Positions 51,575-64,000 of a stretch of DNA of 64,000 nucleotides are shown piece after piece. The notes beneath the pieces were generated by a model. It ran no database searches and was not told the origin of the DNA. It saw nothing but the letters and a program-made list of their open reading frames with translations. Origin of the DNA: Hemiscyllium ocellatum. Its lineage: Eukaryota. The first letter of the stretch is position 1. The number at the start of each line of letters is the position of its first letter. The stretch lies in NCBI RefSeq assembly GCF_020745735.1, contig NW_026867607.1:744001-808000 (forward strand), read 5' to 3'. Both the position numbers and the translations under genes were made by a program.

Positions 51575-52118
51575 CAGAGAACATACAACATAAAACAAAT
51601 ACAGTGCAGTAGGTAATGTTTGGCCCTCGATGTTTCACTGATCGGTGAAACCAATTTGAAGCTCATCGAAGCTGCACTATTGATTCTCGTGCATGATGTC
51701 TATCCAAAGATCATTTAAATGCCTAAAACCTGGCTAGTCTATTGCTGTTGCATACAGTGGGTTACACACGTGTACTACTGTCTGAGTAAAAAAATTTCCT
51801 CTGACATCTGTTCTATCTCTATCACCCGAATGTGGAAAGCTGTGTCCCCTCGTGCGAGCCATCACCACCCGAAGGTAAAGGCGCTCGCTTTCCAATCGAT
51901 CTAACCTTCTGATTACCTTCTATATCTCATTTAAGTCATCTCTCAACATTATTTTCTCTAACGAGAAAAGCCTTTAGTACCTCAGCCTTTTCTCGTAAGA
52001 TCTTCTCTCCATAGCATACAGTATCCTAGTAATTCTCTTCTGAAAAATTTCCATACATTCCACATCCTTCTTATAATGCGGTGACCAGAGCTGTACGTAC
52101 TACTCCAAGGGTGGCCGC
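51575..52118 (-). mobile_element. CR1 3' fragment
   Basis: Similar to the reverse of 46800-47350 (gaccagagctgtacgtactactccaag). Confidence 0.75.
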
Positions 52119-53246
52119 AAAGAAGAACACACTAGTCAACAGCTGAAGGTCAAGTGCAGAACTAAAGCAAAGTATGCAGTTAAGAGATCTATATGTAGGG
52201 AACTGTATTACTTTGCTGCAATCGCTGAATCAACATCTAGATTGTTGTCTGAGGTAGGAAATGAACGCGGGTCTTTCACGCTGGGAGGGAGCAGTGCTCA
52301 CCACTGTGCCACCATGCAGCCCGATTCGTTCAAGATCCCAACATTACTTTTAATTGCCTAATACAAATCTGCAGTATTTAGATTTTCTTACTTCAGGATG
52401 TTCAGACTCGAAGGAATTTTGCATTCCGGTGACATTGGGCAACTCTTAAAAACTCACTTGTGTTTCCCCTGTGTTGTGGACTAATGCAGTGGCACGAACA
52501 CCTTCCCTTGAAAATATTGTTCGAATTGCAAATGAAATGACTAAGAGGAATTCATATTTTGCACTGTTGTTTAAGCAGCTATGTATCACAGCCAGGATTT
52601 ATGAGGCTGTCCTCCCTAACTTTGACTGTTCTGTGATGTGATTGCCTCATTCCCTTACAAGTAAGGGAACAAGACCAAAGCAACTTGCACAAAGGTTAAC
52701 CCTTTGTAATATGGTTTGAATATGCATTTGCTTAGTTGGTGATTGAATGTTTGTGTTTTGTTACCTGGAGCTCGATATCCGGGAGTGTTTGGAATTTGAT
52801 TTACATTTTGGGAAGTTATGATGATTTATTTTAAGGTTAAGGAAACATCAGTGATTGTGAATTGTAATATTAACTGACCGTTCTTTGTACGGAATGTACT
52901 GGTGTCAATTTCTAACCGATCAGTTTTAATGTTTATATGAAAGCCAATCTTTTTAAAATCCTAATCAATTTAATTTGGGGGAAGATGACATTAAAATGTT
53001 TTATAAAAAGTATCCCTTTCATTCTGCGCCATTTGATATCAGGATAAACTTATTCTCAAACTTCCCGTAATTTCATGCTACTGCAAAGATCAATTTCGCC
53101 CCTTTCAACCCTACGTGTTGGACTAATGAAAGAATTGACGAAAGTAAAAGCGGGAAAACTAAATGCGGGCCTCACATTGAAAATTAGTTTGTTTCAGGAT
53201 GAGAGTAGGTTTTTGCTCAATTTCTAATTGTAATGTAGAAATTTAT

Positions 53247-53515
53247 GGGCGGCACGCTGGCAGAGTGGCTAGCACAGCTGCCTCACAGCGCCAGAGACCC
53301 ACGTTCAATTCCCGTCTCAGGCAACTGCTGCGTTGAGCTTACACATTCTCTCTGTGTCTGCGTCGGTTTCATCCCACAGTCCAAAAATGTGCAGGATAGG
53401 ACGTTTGCCATAGTAAATTGTCCGTAGTGTTTGGTAAACGGGTAAGTATAGAGGAATGAGTCTGGGTTGGTTGGTTCGCGGAGAGTTGATGTGGACTTGT
53501 TGGGCCGAAGGGCCC
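53247..53515 (+). mobile_element. HE1-type SINE followed by a CT-rich microsatellite (53516-53780)
   Basis: gggcggcacgctggcagagtggctagcacagctgcctcacagcgcc head; tggacttgttgggccgaagggcc tail; (ctctctgtcccc)n. Confidence 0.85.
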
Positions 53516-54579
53516 GTCCCCCCTCTCTCTGTCCCCCCTCTCTCTGTCCCCCTCTCTCTGTCCATTCTCTCTCTCTGTCACCCACTCTCTCTGTCCCCGT
53601 CTCTCTGTCCGCCCCCTCTCTATCCCCTTCTCTCTGTTCCCCTTACTCTATCCACGTATCTCTGTCCTGCTCTCTCTGTTCCCCTCTGTCTGTCCCACCA
53701 TCGCTCTGTCCACCCTCAATCTGTCCCCCCTCTCTGCCTCCCTCTCTCTGCCCCCCTCTCTGTCCCCCTCAATGCGCCCTCAATATTTGCGCATTGAGTG
53801 GAAGAATTGCATGAACTTTATATAATTTAAATATATACCCAAAATATCCCAAACAAACGGTATTGTATTCTCCACAAAGATGCTAGCACTTATCTTTTTG
53901 TTTTGTTTTGCATTCTTTTGTTTCTGCTAAATTTTAAGGCAGCTGCATCTCATTGGTGATTATGGAATGACGGTCGTAGCTTTATTCTGCATCAGTTTCC
54001 CTCCCTCTCTGAGATTTGAAGCTTCAGTTCAACATTATGTTGCGAAAGAAAGTCATGCAAAAATTAATATCTTATTGTTAACAGCTGCGTCTATAGTTTC
54101 GGCCATCATTTGTGAATGAGAAGTGTTTTGTTACCATGTGAGAAGACAAGACATTTTCATGCAGCTGGAGTCAATTTATGGCCTATAACATTTTAAAAGA
54201 CTAACGACTGGTCAGACCGCTGGATGAAGTTAATCTGGGATTTAGAGTAAGGAACGAGAACCAGGTAATCATAATGGATTTCAGAGTAGGAAACTGTGTA
54301 CATTTTCTTTTCATTTTACATATTGTATTTTGAATAAATTAATTTCCAGTTTATGTCGATGCCATTCAAAATATCTTACTCACTTGTTCAGCTTCCACTT
54401 CTGAATTACATATAATTATTATTTTAGTTAGTATTTTAATGACCAATTGTATTAACGCTGACTCACAAAAGCAGAATTACTTAGCAGGATCGTTTCGTTT
54501 TACTCCTTTACACATTGTCAGTGACCTGTCTTATTGCCTCATGGTCAAATTGAAGCATGGCTATATTAATTCATTGTTC

Positions 54580-57500
54580 ATTTAAGAATGGGCCCTATGA
54601 AGGAATTCTGCATAAAGTTGGGGGACAGAGGTATAGCAGATGGAACTCCCAAAAGCTGGGAAATATTCATAGCTGACTGTGAATGGGTAGATGAAAGAAA
54701 AGGAACAAGAGAAGCAGTGCAAGGCCACTAAGGTCGAAAATATATATAAAAAGGTTAAAGCAACAATCGTAAAAAATAAAGAACTTTGAATCTCCTGAGA
54801 ATCTCGAATCTATGTCTTCAATGCCGACCTATTTGAGGATGGGGAGGCCGCTGATAGGGATACGGATTAAAATTTTGCTCCTGGAGAACTGTTGAACCCC
54901 GAGCATCTCTGGATTTTCCCCAGCACACACACCCTTCTGACAAGCCCTTCCTTCTTTTGAAAATGAAATGTCCAGTGTTTATTGCCAACAACATGGGCGA
55001 TGAATGTTCTGAACCATCCTAATCCAGGGTTCATCCTAGGAATCAGATTAATGTTCATTACTTTGCTTCTGATTGCAAGAACAATCCGGCCCAATTTGCT
55101 CAACACGTCCATAGGATCATCTAGATCTGAATAGGAATGACTTATGTTACAGGATTGAAATAAGTGACCACCTGCCTGATGGAAGTTATATACAGCCCAC
55201 AAATGAAAATAATTGAAATGCTGTTTCACCTTTGTTTAACGCTATGCATATGCTATGCACCTCGTGGTGCCACTGACATGATTCGGACAAACAATATGAA
55301 TTCGTCCAGGAACTTCCAGTGGCCAATGATGTGAGTGGTGATTTTCTATTGCGATGGCCCGAACCAGAATGAGCCACGATGCAAGTTACTGGAAAAAAAA
55401 CGATTATGTCCATCGCTCCCATATGCTGCATGATAGTCCAGACAGGGTTTTCTGGGACCAGGATACCAACCGGGGTGGGTCCTAACTCAGATGCCCACCC
55501 AGCGACCATGCTGAGCAAGACTTGCCGGATGGGACCCTGGAGATGGGGAGAGGCAGGCACAAGGATTGCAACTTTGGGACTGGGATCATGACAGCGAAAT
55601 CCCGTGGGGATAAATGGCTAGTCTTTGCTTTAACTGTGGAAATGTGGTCATTAGTGACTGATGTGTCCTTAATGTTACCTTGGAGCGAACACAGGGAGCG
55701 ACATGCTTGCAACTGAGCCAAAGGAAATCCGTTTATATGCACTGACACTTCATTTTGCTTTTGATGTGATTACGAAGCTTTGTGGGAACAGAAAGGGTTT
55801 TAAACCTCCAGGGGGCAGCCTACTAGTAATGCTGTATTATACAATCAGTACAGTCTCCAAAGGAAGAGCCGACAGATACTGATTCCAAGCAGGCAGCCTT
55901 ACATCCCAAACTTCTGGTCCCATTGGGTCACCCAGAAAACCTGAATAGAGACAATATGGGGCCAGGTATTCTGGACCTGGGTTAGGTACAGAAATCACAG
56001 GGAAAGACCGCGGCTGAACAGCACAAACTCTGGTCTCAAATAGGGCTCACCATCGATATTCAAACCAAAATTTGGGTGACCCCTGCTGGAAATTTTGTGT
56101 TCCTTCTTTTCAGCTGCCTTACTTAGTTGATTATGTGCATATTTTTACACATTTGTGTAAGGAGAGAATGCTGAATATATCACAAACTTGGTGCCAGCCA
56201 GATATGCAGAAAACAGCTGGAAATGTGCTGACGCATGTTTAACTTGCATAAAAAAGGACACCTGCTATCAGAGGGATGGCATGAGGTTTTTGAATCGTTC
56301 CTTGCCAGTTGAGCCTTTTTTTGTTTGAATGTTGACGACTTGCTTTTACAGAATGACCTCGCTCACATTGTAATGAATACTAATTAATAATAGGAGATAT
56401 AGCTGCCGCTATAGTGTTTGACAAGTGAGAAACATTTTCAATAATTAACCAAAACTCTTCAATGTTCACACTCTCAGGTACGCCAAACCTAAGAATTAGG
56501 AGTAGGGCATATTGGAGCCTAGAGCGAAAGGTGTGTTCCTAGTCTTGCAGGACACCCGCACAGCAGTCAATGTGAAGGACACACGAGACACAATGGAAAA
56601 GAGCACTACCCTGGAGAAACACCAGAAGACCCCGGCAGAGACACAGGTTTAACTTTTATCTTTACATTGCTGAGCCTGATTGTTCTGCTTTTCACAGCGC
56701 TATTCCTTCTTTTTTTTCAATAACTATTTTTGACTGGGGCCCTGTGCATAGCCTAATGACCTCGAACAAAAGGGAATTACATTTCAAAACTTGCTTTACA
56801 TTTCATCCCTTTCTGCTCAAAACGTCAACCAAACGAGATCCTCGCTTCCCACACATATTTCCATCGACCCTAATGTAGGGATCCCCCTGAGGTCCATACG
56901 TTTTAATGAATCTGACATTGCTGAATGGCGATCGCATCGGAGTCATTTTGCTGCAGTCACAACTTTTCTCATCCTCTTAGTTTCCTTAGGTTGCTGGGTG
57001 CCTCAACTCCGACACCTGCTTCCATTGCAATCAGCGTAATCCCGCTCACACACACCCCCACCCTGTTTCTCACCAATTACACGGCCATGATTACACCCCG
57101 AGGAAGTACTTGCATTAAAAGAAAACATCCTTCAGCATGGGAAGCTGCCTTCAGTAAGTGCTGTCACTGCATCCTTCTTTCTTAATCTGCTTATCGGTCC
57201 ACTGTGCATGGAAGCAAACTTAACCTCAGAGTTCCCAATAACTCGGCCATTAATTTCTCTTTTACCACCTTTTGGACTGGGATTCAATGCAATCATTTGT
57301 TGGCCTTCAACGGCACTTATTCCAGTTTTGACCGAAAGGCCGACCCCTGGTTGATGACCTCCTGGACTGCAGCACTTATTTAGGTTATGTTGGCCCTTTC
57401 CTTTTCCACTCCCACACTTCAGCTTACATGATTTCGAAACTTTGTATTAAGAAGGCCCTCCCTCGCTTTCAGCACCATTTAGTTATCTTTCCCCCGTCCA

Positions 57501-57780
57501 ACACGTTACCCTCCAGGTTGTGGTTGAGGATGAGGTTTTCCATATTGTAACCACTGTGAAAGAAATTGCCATGCCACTCTTCCAGCCTTCGGCCAGCTCA
57601 GTGCCGAGATGTTCGCTGTCTGGATCGTTCGTCTCCAAAATCTCTTAAATACCTTTGGCCAAGAAAGAAGACATATGTGCCCTTATCAGCTCTGACTGCT
57701 GTAACTATATCCCTGACTCCAGTGATCTTGTCCATCAGACCAGCCTTGCCTTTCCTCAATATTGATCACACTGAAGTACT
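54580..57780 (+). mobile_element. Heavily deleted class I (gamma/epsilon-like) endogenous retrovirus remnant
   Basis: Zinc knuckle CFNCGN..GH....CP (55626-55669). RNase H ACN*AKGNPFICTDT..ALWEQKGF*TSRGQP (55699-55830). IN HIFTH..W..CLTC (56138-56255) and LEPRAKGVFLVLQDTRTAVNV (56512-56580). env SU GIPLRSIRFNESD; TM LQN and CALISSDCCNYIPD (57676-57717). Confidence 0.82.
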
Positions 57781-58414
57781 CATTACATTTTCAAACATTA
57801 ATGTTGTGCACGCTTCTCTCTTTTCAATGTCTGTACAAAGTGCCACTTTCTGACATCATGAATTGCTTTTCAGAAAAATAAAATCACAGAATTGTGCAAT
57901 CATCATTAATCCCAAAACGTTACGTTTGACTGCTCTTACAGTTACTACGAGACCTGCTACGGTTTGCCAACAGCTTCTCTTCTGTTTCAGATTTACAGCC
58001 TCCGCAAGTCTCCCACATTTAGATTACTGGAAGCTTCAAACTTGGGTCGAGAAACCTACACTGTGTATTTATAAATCCTCCCAGTCCACACCAACTCCAT
58101 GTTTCTCCCTGTCTCTGTCGCTGCTTTCAACTCACTGAGTCCCCCTTGACAGTGACACTGTGCCTGCAATGCACGATTGCATGCTGGCCTCGGAATTCTT
58201 TCACTCCCATTGGCTGGAGGACCACAGCGACCTTCACCTTAGTGCCCTGGAGATATCATCAAACAGCCGGGCCCCATTGTGATTCGAGTGGTAGTGTCCT
58301 CCCTCTCTCCGCTCTGTCATGAGCTTCATCATTTACAGTGCATGGGGCAGTATCAGAGAGCACAGGGGCTGGTGTCTAATCAACCTATTGTGGCTGTAAT
58401 CTCTCCTACTGGAG

Positions 58415-60420
58415 ATAGAACAGCATAGTACAGGCATAATACCTACCTTTTATCGTATGCTAATATCAAAGTAAGTACATATCCTTCATTATACTGTCAA
58501 CTACGTGTCTATCCAAGAGTTAATTAAATACTGCTAATGTATCTGACCATATTATCACCACTGGCAGTGCGTTCCACGCACTCATCATTCTCTGTGTAAA
58601 GAATCTAAATCTGCTATCTTCGCTATACCGCCCTCCAATACCTTAAAATTATGTCCCTTTGATAGTCATACCTCCTCCCGGAAAATAGGACTCTGACTGT
58701 TCTCACTAATTATGCCCTTCACCATATCTCTTTCAATGCACCTCCCAATCTTCTTCACTCCAGTGAGAAAAGCCTTAGTTCCATGAATCTTTTCAGACTT
58801 CATGCCCTCCTATCTAGGCTGCATCGTGAGAAATCTCCTCTGCACCGTCTCCAAAGATTCTACATCCTTCCACTAATGAGGAAATGAGGCGACCAAAACT
58901 GAACACAGTATTGCAAGTGTTGTCTTACCAGGGCACTATAGAGCTGCAACGTACCTTCGTGGTTTTTGAACTCAATCAACCTGCTTATGAAACCCATTTA
59001 AACAACTGTATCAACTTGTGTGACAAATTTGATGGATCTATGGAAGTGTACACAAAGATCCATCTGTTCGTCCACACTGCCTAACACTATATTCTGTGTT
59101 CACATTCTAAGATCCAAATTGAGTCACTTCATATTTTTCCAAGGCTGAATTTTCATCTGCCCCTTCTAAGTCTGGTCTGCATCCTGTCAATGTCCCATTT
59201 CAACCGACAACAACCCTCCAAATTCACCATTTCTCCCCCACCATCATTTCATTGGCAAACGTACTAAGCCACACTTCTATTTCCTCATCCAGGTCATTTA
59301 CAGAGGTCACAAGAAGCAGAGTTCCTGGAACAGAGCCCTGCGTAATATCACAGGTCATGGAGCTCCAGTCCGATTACTTTCTATGAGCCAGCCAATTCTG
59401 TAGACAGACAGCCAGATATCCCATGCTTCCTTTTTATTTCTGAATAAGCCTACCATAGGGAATCCTATCAAATGCCTTGCTAGAATTCATGTACATCACA
59501 TTAACTGTTTTGTCTTCATCAATATGCTTTGTCACAATCTCAAATACTTCAATTAGACTTGTGAAGTTAGACTTCCCCTCACAAAGCCATGCTGACTCTT
59601 TCAAATCGAGTGATGATTTTCCAATTAATCATAAATCCTGTATCGCAGAAAACTCTTCAGAATTTTCAAACTACTGGTCCAAAACCGACTGCTCTGTAAT
59701 TCCCTCATTTGCTGTGGAAAGCCTGCTTATATTAAGTCCGGTCAAGTGGACATGTCTACACATCTTTTTTTTTCCCCCAATATTATCTGGACATTGTCCT
59801 TCTTAAATTCAACCATTTCGAGCATATCAGCCTGGATCGCGCTGACATCACGAACCAAAACTCCCTCTCACTAGTGAATATTGAAGCAAAGTATCGATTG
59901 AGAACTTCCCCTACCTCCTCCGAATCCAGGTACAAGTTCCCTCCATTATCTCTAATCGGCCCTCCCCTCATTCTGGCAATCTTGTTGCTCCTCACATCAG
60001 TGTGAAATGTTTAGTTTTTCCTTTATCCTAATCTCTAAAGCTCTTTTATGCTCTTCGAGCTCTCGAATTCTATTCTTCAGTTCCTTCCTGGCTACATTAT
60101 TACTCATTATAATCCGATCTAATCCTTGCCTTCTCAAACTTTAGGAAGCTTCCTCCTTCCTACTGACTCGATGTTCTATACCTCTCACCCAAAGTTTATT
60201 CACCAGAATACACCTTCCTTCTCTCTGTGGGAAAGACCTCTTCAGCACGATTAACGAGTGCTTCTGAAACAACTTCCAAATTTCTGTTGTGCATTTCTCT
60301 GAGAACATTTGTTCCTTGTTGAGCCGCCCCAAATCCTGCCAACTAGCATTGTAATTCAACAATTAAATACTTTGCCACACCATCTGCTCCTATCGCTCTG
60401 CATAATTATCATACAGATGC
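58415..60420 (-). mobile_element. Degraded CR1 LINE ORF2
   Basis: GPIRDNGGNLYLDSEEVGEVLNRYFASIFT on minus; gaccaaaactgaacacagta. Confidence 0.8.
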
Positions 60421-60769
60421 TGCAAATTATTCCAACTGTTTGCCGATACCCCTCCAAATGTTTCCTGAGAAAGTTAAATTCCAAAACTCTTTTGAGAATA
60501 ACTGTTGAATCTGTGTCCAGCTGCCATTGTTTCAGATGGTCAGGACCTACTACGTAAAAATATCTTTACAATGTCATCCTGCATTATTTCTCAAATACCA
60601 GAAAATGGCTGTAAAAATGGTGACAAAATTATTTCTCAAATTAAATCCTCTGGAAACAAATCTGCACCGAGACGAGATCACTGATTGACTTTCTCAGCTC
60701 CAATAACAATTATCTGACCTTCGGCTACCTCTCCAGAAAAGACGAACCCATCATAGTTTTAATTTCTTG

Positions 60770-62770
60770 GGGTTATAGAAATATACAGCATATGATCAGA
60801 TGCTTTGGTTCAACTCTTCAATGCCAATTCGATATCCTTAATTAATGCAGCCCTATTTGCCTTCATTTGGTGCATACCCCTTAAAACCATTCCTAGTCAT
60901 GAAATCAACCAGATGCCTAACTGTACACCTTCACCATTTCCTCTGGGAACTCATTCCATATACATACCACCCTCAGTTTTAAAACATTGTCCCTTAGATC
61001 ATTTTCATACCTATTCCCACTTCAATATATGCACTGTCGTTTTGAAATACAACATCCCGGGAAATAGACACTGTTTCTTCAGGTGATGCACGCCCGTCAT
61101 GGTTTTTTAAATTTCAATAAGGTCACCCGTCAGTCATCGATGCCCCAGGGAAAAAAAAACAGTCCCAGCCTATTCAGCCTCTCGCTGTAGCTCCAATCCT
61201 TCAACTCTGGCAACACCTTTGAAAAATTTTTTGAACTCTTCCAAATTTTACAACATCTTTCCTATAGCACAGAGACCAGAACAGAAAGCAGAATTCAGGA
61301 AGTCGCTGAAACAATGCCCTGTACAGCTGCAACGTGATATCACAATTCCTAAACTCAGTGTACTAACCAGTGATGGCAAGTGTACTAAATGCCTTCGTAT
61401 GTACCTGTGACTCCATTTTCTAGGAACAGTGAACCGGCATCTCAACTTCTCTTTGTTCAGCAACACTCCCGAGGACATTATCATAAAATATATAAGACCT
61501 GCGTTATTTTGCCTTTCCAAGCATCATACTTATCTAAATTAGACGCCATCTGACACTCCTTGGCCCATTGGCTCATTTGATCAAAGTCCCATTGTACTCT
61601 GAAGTAATCTTTGCGATCCACTGCACCTCCGGTTTTAGTATCACCTGGAAGTCAAAACTCCTGTGATCACATCCTAATCAGTTATGATAATGACAAAAAT
61701 AGATGTGCATTCAGCATCCATCTTTGCAGCACACTGCTCCTCTCAGTCTCCCAGTCCGAACAGCAAACCTTCACCACTGCCATATGTTTCCTGCCTTCAA
61801 GTCAATCCAATTGGCTAATCTTTCCTAAATTTCATGTTGAAAATGTGTTGCTGGTTAAAGCCTAGCAGGTCAGGCAGCATCCAAGGAACAGGAAATTCGA
61901 CATTTCGGGCAAAAGCCCTTCTTCAGGAATGTATTTCATGTTGTCCAAACTTACTAACCGGTCCGTTATGTGGAACCCAATTGAACGTCTTTCTGAAGTC
62001 CACATTAATAATGTCCTCAGCACTGCCTTCACAAATATTCTTTCTCACTTCTTCAAGAAAGTCAATCAAGTTGGGAAGACATAAATTCCACGCACAGCAT
62101 CACGTTGTTTATTCCTAATCGTTCCTTGCCTTTCTAAATACATGTAAATCTTCTTCATCAGAATCCCTTCCAACAAATCACTCATACTCACGTGAGGCTC
62201 ACTGGTCCATTATTCCCTCACCTTTCCTACCACATTTCTAAAATAATGGCAGCAGGCTTTCCGCACCTCACCTCTGGCTATTGATAATACAAATATCTCA
62301 TCCAGAAGCACAGCAATCACATTCCATTAAGTTCCTCATGATACTCTTTAGCAGCTGAGAGGGACATATCCAGCTTTGTGTTTTTAAGACATCCAGCACA
62401 TCCTGCTTTGTAAAAGGAACACTTTGCAAGGTATCTTTACTTATTTTCTCAAAACCTCTAGGTTCCAATTCCTTCTCCAGCAGAAACCAACACGGGATAC
62501 TCAAGTAGTATCTCCCACACCTTCTGCGCTTCCGTTGACGCTTTCGTTGACGTTTAAGGGCACCTGTTATGTGCCTCGTTACTCTACTGTCATTAACGTA
62601 TTTGGAGAATCTCTTATGATTCTTCTGAATTCTATTTTCCAAAGTTGTTTCATATTCCTGATTTCCCACGAGTGTATTCCTCCCACCTTTAAACTCCTCT
62701 GGAGACTGACTTTATTCGATAAACTTACAAGGCATAGCAAGCCAATCGACCAATGAGCCAGTCGAGGATG
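60770..62770 (-). mobile_element. Degraded CR1 LINE ORF2
   Basis: NHKRFSKYVNDSRVTR; reverse CR1 RT and 3' UTR motifs. Confidence 0.8.
61840..61932 (-). mobile_element. 93-bp Penelope terminal fragment with hammerhead core, flanked by an 11-bp direct repeat
   Basis: Minus strand attc-CTGAAGA-a-gggc-tttt-gccc-GAAA-t-GTC-gaat; atttcatgttg at 61829-61839 and 61933-61943. Confidence 0.8.
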
Positions 62771-64000
62771 ATCCACCAGTTTGTGTATGTATGTGTGTGT
62801 GGACAGACGTGTTGTTCTGCCTGTGTGGATACATCTTGTCTCTCTTTCATCAGTTGATGCCTGTTTGTTTGTGAATGAACCTGCACTGTATGCTAACAGC
62901 GTCTGTCCATGCCACAGCGGCTGTGCTAGAGGATGAGTATGCTTCAGGCCTTCATTCCTGAAAAAAAAGTTGATAGCTCAAAAATCATCATTATGGGGAA
63001 TGGAAGTGTAAGTGGCACTGATCATGCATGTTGGAGAGGAGCCGGATGGTGAAAGCAAATTGAAGGTTTTGAAACCAACATAAGAAATATGAGGAACAGA
63101 GGAGTTAGGTAGGTACTAGATCCGAGGAAACACAAATCGAGCAATCGCAGTGAAAGAGGAAGGAAACGCAAGGGGCAGAACCACGAAGGAAGATATTCAC
63201 AAATTGAAAATTATCCTCTCTATAATGTCTCCTCACTGTGGCGGCGCAGTTAAAGTTGCAAGCTTGAAATAATCGACTCTGAAGAACATTTCACTGTTAG
63301 ACCTGACTCAATTTTGTCTACATAATCGTTATTCTATTTTGTGAGCATAAATACGGTTCAATAGGGCATTCACTACAACGTCATATCTTTTTCTTTCATA
63401 TTACTAAGTCAGTAGCAATTGAGGAAACTTTTATAGCACTATTGTTCTTTTTTGCTCCAATAAACGTTCTCATCAGAATTTTGCAACCTCCTTTTTCACT
63501 TCCACATTATTTCGACTAAAACCATTCAACCTTGAATTTTCTCTTGCAAATTCTCCTCTTTCTCAATTATGACAGAATGACACTAACCACATGAACCCAT
63601 CATTGCTTATTTAGTGATTGTCGCTAATCTATCACTTGCAACCGACTCCTTCCATTTGGATAAATACCTTCCACATTTGCCAAACCCCAAGTTTGCTAAA
63701 TCTAAGTAATCTGCAATACAGATCAGGGAGTTGTGTTTCATACGTTACTACTAAGGGGAATGAAAACCAAAGGTTTTTGAACATTAATATCACCGAAGTG
63801 TAATTTCTAGTCGATACTATAGTGCCAAAACCATAGATAAATTGAATATTGCATATTTTTACTTTGCAAATTTGCAATTCTTTGCTCATTTTCGGATGAA
63901 TCCTGGTTCATAGTTGAAATTGAGTAGTTAACCCCACAAGGCGCAGTGTCAGAACTAAAGATGGAAAGAAAGAATGAAAGAAGTTCACTGTCGTTGTTCC

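Noticed and set aside
52600-54580. LTR/PBS for the ERV remnant
   Set aside because: No matching repeat downstream of env and no recognisable PBS.
63630-63960. Minus-strand exon after a strong acceptor near 63955
   Set aside because: The frames I translated hit stops and no domain is recognisable; the context lies beyond the window edge.

Overview
Eukaryotic, repeat-dominated vertebrate DNA. The repeat content (HE1-type V-SINEs, SacSINE/Deu-type SINEs, CR1 LINEs, Neptune-type Penelope elements) points to a cartilaginous fish, probably a shark. The only intact host gene I can support is a two-exon class A GPCR of the GPR139/GPR142-like type (+; exons 15826-16039 and 35060-35943; 365 aa; 19,020-bp phase-1 intron). 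Its N-terminus is built from a 42-nt tandem repeat. The intron holds a nested TE stack: an RTE fragment, then a Gmr1-like Gypsy element (PR-IN-RT-RH order), itself split by two CR1 LINEs. The window also holds a Penelope-like element and several hammerhead-ribozyme motifs, a ~9-kb G/T-skewed ~32-bp minisatellite, a heavily deleted endogenous retrovirus (gag knuckle, RNase H, integrase, gamma-type env) largely missed by the ORF track, and probable decayed Ig-superfamily exons at 4.3-6.2 kb. There is no prokaryotic content, CRISPR array or rRNA. Family names come from recalled motifs, not database searches, and TE boundaries are approximate unless stated.
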